Source of the DNA: a virus
Reading direction: 5' to 3' (one strand)
Length of the DNA stretch: 64,000 nt
Virus record (IMG/VR): IMGVR_UViG_3300045988_160931
Span: 46,005-110,004 of that record
Each line of letters begins with the position of its first letter. Within the stretch, counting starts at the first letter, position 1. Positions 46,870 to 52,868 of this stretch are shown piece by piece. A model generated the notes under the pieces. That model saw only the letters and a list, made by a program, of their open reading frames with translations, made no database searches and was not told the DNA's origin. The position numbers and the translations under genes are program-made.

Positions 46870-47946
46870 TTATTCATCAGAAGATTCTTGCCCGAATAAA
46901 GCATCGAACAGTTCTTCTGTATCATCAGATTCAATTTTTTCTGGTCTAGTTACTGTATATTTTTGAATAAACTTATCATACATTTCAGTAACAGCATTCT
47001 TCAAATTCATCATCTTTGCAAGATGCCCCTTAAAGAACACATCTAAATATCTACCAATATGATCTACGTCTTTTAATTCTTCATCTACACCGGGTAAAGG
47101 CCTAGTGTTTTCATATTTATCAAGCAACACTCCAAATGATTGTGCAGAATTTACATCTTCCGAAGATGCCTGTTTTGGCTGTAACTTTGCAGAATCCATA
47201 AGCTTAATCAAAGTTAAATCCAAATCTTTTGTATCTTCTGCATTTAGAGTCTTTTTGTGTATCGCAAGTTGAGTAAAACAAATTCGCTTAAAGATTTCTT
47301 CTTGGGCTTTTGAATTGCATTCATGCCGTGAAATCCAATCTTCATACTGGGTTTGTAAAAACTCATAGTCTGAATCTAAAAGTCCATATCCAAATGTTTT
47401 CTTTGTCTCTTCCGAAATCTTATTCGCAACTTGATTTTTCACAGCAGTAGATACCATATGCTTCTCTACTTCTGGTGAAATATCATCCATTAAGTCAGAT
47501 GTATCTTTATCTTTTTCAACAGGGACTAAATCTCCAACAGCATCTATCTTAAATAATGCTTCATCAAGCCCCATATCCTTGTATTGTGACATACTTAATG
47601 TTTGAATATAGGCAGTTAAAACGCTCTTAAAACGTCCATCAGAGAATTTTCTAAAAGCGGAATCAAACAACTCTTCAGACCAATACCAATCAAAATTCAA
47701 GCACAATCTACGAATTGTATTCTTCTGAAAGTTATATGGATTTATTTTCTTAAATTTACTTGCATATTCATTATAAAGAATATCTACACACTTCTTGCAA
47801 ATTGGTGTTTTTCCATACGTTTCCTTATAAAATTCGCTTTTTACTGCATAGAATTTACTAGATGGTTGTGTTACACCACAATGGCAGCATCTTATAGTCT
47901 CTTTTTTAGGACGGCCTCTCGGTCTCGCATTCGCTATATTTTCCAT
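46870..47946 (-). CDS. terminase small subunit-like DNA-binding protein (putative)
   Basis: 358 aa directly upstream of terL. Basic N-terminus RPRGRPKK plus a Cys4 cluster. Confidence 0.4.
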   Translation of the reverse strand: MENIANARPRGRPKKETIRCCHCGVTQPSSKFYAVKSEFYKETYGKTPICKKCVDILYNEYASKFKKINPYNFQKNTIRRLCLNFDWYWSEELFDSAFRKFSDGRFKSVLTAYIQTLSMSQYKDMGLDEALFKIDAVGDLVPVEKDKDTSDLMDDISPEVEKHMVSTAVKNQVANKISEETKKTFGYGLLDSDYEFLQTQYEDWISRHECNSKAQEEIFKRICFTQLAIHKKTLNAEDTKDLDLTLIKLMDSAKLQPKQASSEDVNSAQSFGVLLDKYENTRPLPGVDEELKDVDHIGRYLDVFFKGHLAKMMNLKNAVTEMYDKFIQKYTVTRPEKIESDDTEELFDALFGQESSDE

Positions 47947-47958
47947 AAAATCACCGCC

Positions 47959-49149
47959 TTAATGCAAAATAACGGGATACATACACTGTACCCCGTTACT
48001 ATCACATATTAAAACTGTCTGAGATGGTTTCCCAGTCAATCTTTTTTGTACGCAATAATCATCGCCGCTGCCACCAAGACACCCAGATCGAACCATATAA
48101 ACATCTGAAATTACCTCCATCGCAGGAGTATGATAATGTCCAAATAAAACTCCGGCTGGTTTCTTCCCAGTAGCAAGTACTAAATTAGATAGCCCTCTCT
48201 TAGAGAAACTATCATAATCACCATGGCAAATATAATAATCAAGTCCCTCAACTTGAATATAATTTAACGATGTTTCATTTGATGAAACCGAATGAAAGTT
48301 AGGAATATGTTTCAAAGAATTACAAATATACCAACTTATCAGATCATCAAGTCTCTCGTCTTTCATAGAATCATCTTTCTTAGAAGTAATTCTTGAATGG
48401 TTCCCAGAAACATTTGCGAAACAAACATCGTCAAACATATTTGTGAGTTTATACAAAAAGTCAGAAACTAATTCAGAAGCTTTAATAACTTGCTGAATAA
48501 CATTTTCTCGATTAGTAACAGCAATCGTATAGTGGATATTACCAGAAACAAGATCGCCTAAACCGACAACAAATGCTTTAGAAATGCAATTCATTTCTCT
48601 TATAATTTCTATCTTCTGCAAGTATTCATCCAATCTTTCTTTCGCAATATCCGAATTGTATTTCCCAAATATAGAATCATACGTTGCACCAATATGTAAA
48701 TCTGACAAACAGATCATCATTGTTTTATCGTCACAATATGGAATTTGCTGTGTTTTTGCAATTTGGTTTACAGGATATTTCACTTCGCATGACCTGCGAA
48801 TAATATCCTCTAAATAATCTAATCGTTGTTCTACTCTTGCATCAGAATAATTCTGTTTTTGCCATGCGTTTCTTTCGTCTCTAAATTGAATCTTTGCACG
48901 TTCTAATTCACGTTTCTTTTGTTCAAGTTCTTCAATTTGCTCGTCTATATCAGACAATTTTTTCTGATTAGAATTATACATTCTATCGAAATACTGTCGT
49001 TCTTTTCGAAATTTACTTTCTGTATAATTTGTGCCTAACAGTTCATTTAATATATCTGCAACCTTTTGCCATGAGCCGATAAGTTCCTTATCACTCGTAA
49101 TTCGATAGATCAATTCTTCATCTGTCTCATTTTCAAATCTCTTATACAT
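47959..49149 (-). CDS. calcineurin-like metallophosphoesterase with an N-terminal coiled-coil domain
   Basis: DLHIG, GDLVSGNIH, GNHS, CHGDY and GHYH motifs in the canonical order. Confidence 0.75.
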   Translation of the reverse strand: MYKRFENETDEELIYRITSDKELIGSWQKVADILNELLGTNYTESKFRKERQYFDRMYNSNQKKLSDIDEQIEELEQKKRELERAKIQFRDERNAWQKQNYSDARVEQRLDYLEDIIRRSCEVKYPVNQIAKTQQIPYCDDKTMMICLSDLHIGATYDSIFGKYNSDIAKERLDEYLQKIEIIREMNCISKAFVVGLGDLVSGNIHYTIAVTNRENVIQQVIKASELVSDFLYKLTNMFDDVCFANVSGNHSRITSKKDDSMKDERLDDLISWYICNSLKHIPNFHSVSSNETSLNYIQVEGLDYYICHGDYDSFSKRGLSNLVLATGKKPAGVLFGHYHTPAMEVISDVYMVRSGCLGGSGDDYCVQKRLTGKPSQTVLICDSNGVQCMYPVILH

Positions 49150-49168
49150 TCTCTATCCTCTATAAAAA

Positions 49169-49642
49169 TTATACGTTTAGAATAGTTTCCTTTGTAAATG
49201 TTGGTGCTTTGCTACGAATATCTTCCATGATTGCAGCAATATCTTTCACAACAACTTCATCAAAAACAACACAATATGCTTGTGCAACTAATTCCTTCGT
49301 TGTTAAAACATTGGAATCAAGTGCAGATTGAGGAATCTTTGCAGTATCGATCTTGTACAATGCTTCAAAATCTTTGTCCAGCAAAATTTCTTTGTTTGAA
49401 AGTACAGGAAGTGTAACTTTTACAACACTATCGCTTACTGAATCATCGGTAACTTCAAGAGCAGAACCAACTAACTTTACATTTTTGGAAAATGTTAAAT
49501 TTCGATATGTTACTTTAGAAGGGAAGTCCCGTAAAATCTCTCTTTCTTCATCCTCTGACAAAGTTTCGGTTCCAAGAGAATCAATTGTAATTTTTGTTGA
49601 GAACACATGGTTCTCTATATCATGAGTAATTTTCAAATACAT
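49169..49642 (-). CDS. hypothetical protein
   Basis: 157-aa ORF. Confidence 0.45.
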   Translation of the reverse strand: MYLKITHDIENHVFSTKITIDSLGTETLSEDEEREILRDFPSKVTYRNLTFSKNVKLVGSALEVTDDSVSDSVVKVTLPVLSNKEILLDKDFEALYKIDTAKIPQSALDSNVLTTKELVAQAYCVVFDEVVVKDIAAIMEDIRSKAPTFTKETILNV

Positions 49643-49911
49643 TTTTTATCATCCTTTATTTGATTTCTTATTTGAGATAATGCACGAATCAAAACATTGA
49701 TCTTGTCATAATCTAATTTTCCACTAATTTCAGTGTTGTCAGTAATTGCATCCGACATAGTTATCTGAATATTTCCTTCATTTTCTAAATAATCAAGCCG
49801 AAGTATAATATCTTTAATCAATTCGAACTCAATCCCAGACGCAATAGGGGATGAGTCATATTTTCTATATTCTACTTTTACAGTATCACTATTCGTAATC
49901 GTAATCGCCAC
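49633..49911 (-). CDS. hypothetical protein (GTG start)
   Basis: 92-aa ORF; first gene of the late operon after the tRNA array. Confidence 0.45.
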   Translation of the reverse strand: MAITITNSDTVKVEYRKYDSSPIASGIEFELIKDIILRLDYLENEGNIQITMSDAITDNTEISGKLDYDKINVLIRALSQIRNQIKDDKKCI

Positions 49912-50010
49912 CCTTTACAAAATTTAATTTATATAGCAAAAGACAGCCCAGAAATATATCTAAGCTGCCTTTTGTTTACTTTAGGAGGTATCAAAATGGA
50001 GTGAAAATGT

Positions 50011-50084
50011 TGGTGGCAGAGTCAAGAGTCGAACTTGAATCACAAGTTTATGAGACTTGTATGTTTCCTTTACACCACTCTGCT
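50011..50084 (-). tRNA. tRNA, anticodon CAT (Met or Ile2), with unpaired A1 x C72
   Basis: Hand-folded. Acceptor AGCAGAG/CTCTGCC, T-arm TCAAG-TTCGACT-CTTGA, anticodon stem CAAGT/ACTTG with loop CTCATAA. CCA is encoded. Confidence 0.75.
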
Positions 50085-50093
50085 AATTTTATT

Positions 50094-50171
50094 TGGTCTA
50101 AGTGACAGGGTTCGAACCTGCGGCATCTTGTTCCCAAAACAAGCATTCTAACCAAACTGAATTACACTTAG
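50094..50171 (-). tRNA. tRNA-Pro (TGG)
   Basis: Acceptor CTAAGTG/CACTTAG (C1:G72), T-loop TTCGAAC, anticodon stem CTTGT/ACAAG with loop TTTGGGA. CCA is encoded. Confidence 0.85.
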
Positions 50172-50174
50172 ATT

Positions 50175-50250
50175 TGGTTGGACTAGCTGGGTTCGAACCA
50201 GCGAAATGACGGAGTCAAAGTCCGTTGCCTTACCACTTGGCTATAGTCCA
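50175..50250 (-). tRNA. tRNA-Gln (TTG)
   Basis: Acceptor TGGACTA/TAGTCCA (U1:A72), T-arm GCTGG-TTCGAAC-CCAGC, anticodon stem ACGGA/TCCGT with loop CTTTGAC. CCA is encoded. Confidence 0.85.
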
Positions 50251-50876
50251 ATATAGTATCCTAAAAATGAATACTCTATTGTGTATATGCAACCGACCTT
50301 CGCCGTACCACCCATTTACCGCACACATATTCATCCACTAGGGAGACAAGTCTGAGCGTTTGGGAGCGACCCTTGGCTTCTTGCCCCGGCATATGCCAAA
50401 TCCTATACAAGTCTGATTACTTGTAACTTTCACCCGAACCATTCAGAAGTTTCTATCATTTATATATAATCCTATAGAATATTCCTTGCACATTGGGCTA
50501 CTCGAACCAGAATCTCGCCTTATACCCTAGTTTCCTAGGTTCAGTGCAAGTAAGACTGTGTTTTGATATTTCCTAGGTTTGCATAAGTAATCAGCTTACA
50601 CCTAACTAGGATTCCACTTGTAGTATTTTACAAGTATCTATTTCCACAGCGACAAGATTCCATGATTTTGTGTACAGTAATGTCAGCACATTTGCCACCA
50701 AGGGACTGTTTTCAATCCTCAACAGTATGTTACCAATACTGCCGATTATAGCAACTAGCTTATCAGTTAATATGCTATCTACTTGATTTACAGACAAATT
50801 CTTCAGCAAGTTGGTTAGACTATCTGCACTGAGTTACTGCATACACACAATACAATATTCAATTATCAAGATACTG
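50251..50876 (-). ncRNA. 626-nt ORF-poor spacer inside the tRNA array; candidate large structured RNA
   Basis: Flanked directly by tRNA genes on the same strand. Only one 67-aa ORF in the track. Locally GC-rich blocks (line 50341: 35/60 G+C). Several 6-bp hairpins and a duplicated TTTCCTAGGTT (50531, 50569). Confidence 0.35.
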
Positions 50877-50951
50877 TGGAGCAAACAACCAGAATCGAAC
50901 TGGCATTCTCTGATTGGGAATCAAATGTTCTAACCATTGAACTATGCTTGC
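50877..50951 (-). tRNA. tRNA-Gly (CCC)
   Basis: Acceptor GCAAGCA/TGTTTGC, D-arm GTTC-AATGGTTA-GAAC, anticodon loop TTCCCAA, U73 discriminator. CCA is encoded. Confidence 0.8.
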
Positions 50952-51011
50952 ATGACAAGTCCAACACCCGAAGGTGTATAAAACTATGTTGGTCTAAAAC
51001 CAACAGTGCAG

Positions 51012-51099
51012 TGGTGGGTGAAGTAGGAATCGAACCTACGGTGTTTCTAATGTAACGGATTTACAGTCCGCCGACTTCGCCAACTGGTCACATTCACCC
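51012..51099 (-). tRNA. tRNA-Tyr (GTA), long variable arm
   Basis: 88 nt. Acceptor GGGTGAA/TTCACCC, T-arm GTAGG-TTCGATT-CCTAC, anticodon loop CTGTAAA. CCA is encoded. Confidence 0.8.
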
Positions 51100-51103
51100 A
51101 TAA

Positions 51104-51190
51104 TGGTGCCGCTAACCGGACTTGAACCGGTACGATATCGCTATCGAGGGATTTTAAGTCCCTTGTGTCTGCCTATTCCACCACAGCGGC
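51104..51190 (-). tRNA. tRNA-Leu (TAA), long variable arm
   Basis: 87 nt. Acceptor GCCGCTG/TAGCGGC, anticodon stem AGGGA/TCCCT with loop CTTAAAA. CCA is encoded. Confidence 0.85.
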
Positions 51191-51260
51191 ATTTACGACT
51201 TTCTTATGTGTCCTAAGACATTAAGCTTTCACTGCCAATCCGAAGATCTCAGAGGTCACT

Positions 51261-51337
51261 TGGTGGGCTATGTAGGACTCGAACCCACAGTCAACCGGTT
51301 ATGAGCCGGATGCTTTAACCAATTAAGCTAATAGCCC
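51261..51337 (-). tRNA. tRNA, anticodon CAT (Met or Ile2)
   Basis: Acceptor GGGCTAT/ATAGCCC, D-arm GCTT-AATTGGTTA-AAGC, anticodon loop CTCATAA. CCA is encoded. Confidence 0.8.
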
Positions 51338-51675
51338 TTATGAGTGCTTTATCGTAGCACACGCAATCTGCATTCCTAATCCAATGGAATCTAAATCGCA
51401 CGTCCAACTTTCATGGATAGTTCTGGACAAACTAGTATTCACTCGATTCGTGACAATTCCGGATAGATGAATTACACAAATCAGCTTAACATTTTTTCTT
51501 TGCATATATGCCTTGCAAGGTCTAACCCACTTCTCTACCTTGCTCACCGCAAGCCTACATTAACACTGCGATTCCCATTACCCGTTAAATCTCTACAAGA
51601 AACTACTTCTAACCGCTTGGATTTTAGCTGTTATATCTAAGTGGGCGGTATACTTTCAAATCTTGTACCCACTAT
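51338..51675 (-). ncRNA. 338-nt ORF-poor spacer inside the tRNA array; candidate structured RNA or processed spacer
   Basis: Lies between the CAT tRNA and tRNA-Lys on the same strand. Contains only a 69-aa track ORF with no SD. Confidence 0.25.
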
Positions 51676-51751
51676 TGGTGCAGTTTATGGGATTTGAACC
51701 CATGACTCTCACATTAAAAGTGTGATACTCTACCAGCTGAGTTAAAACTGC
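51676..51751 (-). tRNA. tRNA-Lys (TTT)
   Basis: Acceptor GCAGTTT/AAACTGC, anticodon stem TCACA/TGTGA with loop CTTTTAA. CCA is encoded. Confidence 0.85.
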
Positions 51752-51756
51752 ACATT

Positions 51757-51845
51757 TGGCGTAGAAGGTGGGATTCGAACCCACGGTTCCTCTCGGAATC
51801 ACTAGTTTTCAAGACTAACTCTTTCAACCACTCAGACACTTCTAC
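51757..51845 (-). tRNA. tRNA-Ser (TGA), long variable arm
   Basis: 89 nt. Acceptor GTAGAAG/CTTCTAC, T-arm GTGGG-TTCGAAT-CCCAC, anticodon loop CTTGAAA, G73. CCA is encoded. Confidence 0.8.
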
Positions 51846-51855
51846 GCAGTTTGTG

Positions 51856-51941
51856 TGGTGGGGGTAAAGGGATTTGAACCCTTATGTCACTAGGACAACG
51901 GTACCTAAAACCGTCCTGTCTGCCTATTCCAGCATACCTCC
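51856..51941 (-). tRNA. tRNA-Leu (TAG), long variable arm
   Basis: 86 nt. T-arm AAGGG-TTCAAAT-CCCTT, anticodon stem ACGGT/ACCGT with loop TTTAGGT. One A x C mismatch in the acceptor stem. CCA is encoded. Confidence 0.75.
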
Positions 51942-52181
51942 ATAAACGGTATTCTAATTTAACCTAAATCTTCCAAAAGAATACTTATCTAGAATTTCTT
52001 GCAATTTTCCAATTTAAGCAGCCAGCCTTTTTCAAACAAATACCGTTTTGCTGGTTTCATAACTAGTGCGTAGCGTGAGAATTGAACTCACATACAACAA
52101 CGTATTCCCAAAACTACACATTTGTCAGATCAGAACTTGGAGATGTAGTATAATTCTGATCTGACTACGAAAGGAGTCACT

Positions 52182-52433
52182 ATGAAAGAAAACCGATGTA
52201 AGGAACACGAAGAAACCTTACACTTATATAATACGATTTTTCTACCCAAAACTAAAACAAAATCAAATATTTTTTTTGAGAATTCTCGCAGATATATATC
52301 CTGCGTTCATCCATATACGGCTGCCATTAAGACAGCCTTAGTTAGAGAGAGGATAGAGAATCGCACAAACAACTATGTTATTAGCTGTTCATGTTCTTAT
52401 TTTTATCAGCAATCCTATTTATCTTATCCTTAA
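52182..52433 (+). CDS. small hypothetical protein (uncertain)
   Basis: 83-aa ORF with AAAGGAG SD 5 nt before the ATG. Preceded by a 12-bp hairpin. Its 3' end overlaps the convergent gene. Confidence 0.35.
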   Translation: MKENRCKEHEETLHLYNTIFLPKTKTKSNIFFENSRRYISCVHPYTAAIKTALVRERIENRTNNYVISCSCSYFYQQSYLSYP

Positions 52434-52722
52434 ATCTTCGACTAGCATCTGCCTTTACTTTGATTTTTGCTTTCACATATTGGTTCTCACCAACTAGATT
52501 ATTTTGCTTAAATCTTGGAGGCATATATGTTCCTGAAATCCAAATACCATCAAAAACTTGCATTTTTACATCTTGATCTTCATTTACAGATAAGAGCCGT
52601 GAGTTAATTTCATCTTCAATTGCATCGTAAATAATCTTTATGAGTTCCGGATTGCGTTCTGTTTTATCAATAATAGATTGAATAATATCATTTTTCTTAG
52701 CTAAATACGTCCCTATTTTTAT
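52381..52722 (-). CDS. small hypothetical protein; putative ATA start
   Basis: The track shows only the last 60 aa, but the frame is open to 52722 and the upstream peptide (GTYLAKKNDIIQSIIDKTERNPELIKIIYDAIEDEINSRLL...) reads as protein. AAAGGGAAG SD, then ATA at 52722-52720. Confidence 0.45.
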   Translation of the reverse strand: MKIGTYLAKKNDIIQSIIDKTERNPELIKIIYDAIEDEINSRLLSVNEDQDVKMQVFDGIWISGTYMPPRFKQNNLVGENQYVKAKIKVKADASRRFKDKINRIADKNKNMNS

Positions 52723-52868
52723 TCACTTCCCTTTTATAGACATTTCATTAAACTTTATGTACCTTGATTTCATGTACAACATTTTTCTGAATTTTTAATA
52801 TGTACATAAAAACAAGGTACAATTTACATTATTTTCGCTCTGTCCACAAGATGAATAGATAGCAAAAA

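Noticed and set aside
49934-49975. Terminator between the tRNA array and the late operon
   Set aside because: The stem CAAAAGACAGC/GCTGCCTTTTG has a mismatch and a 16-nt loop. The downstream U-tract on the minus strand is interrupted. It is too weak to call and may only attenuate.
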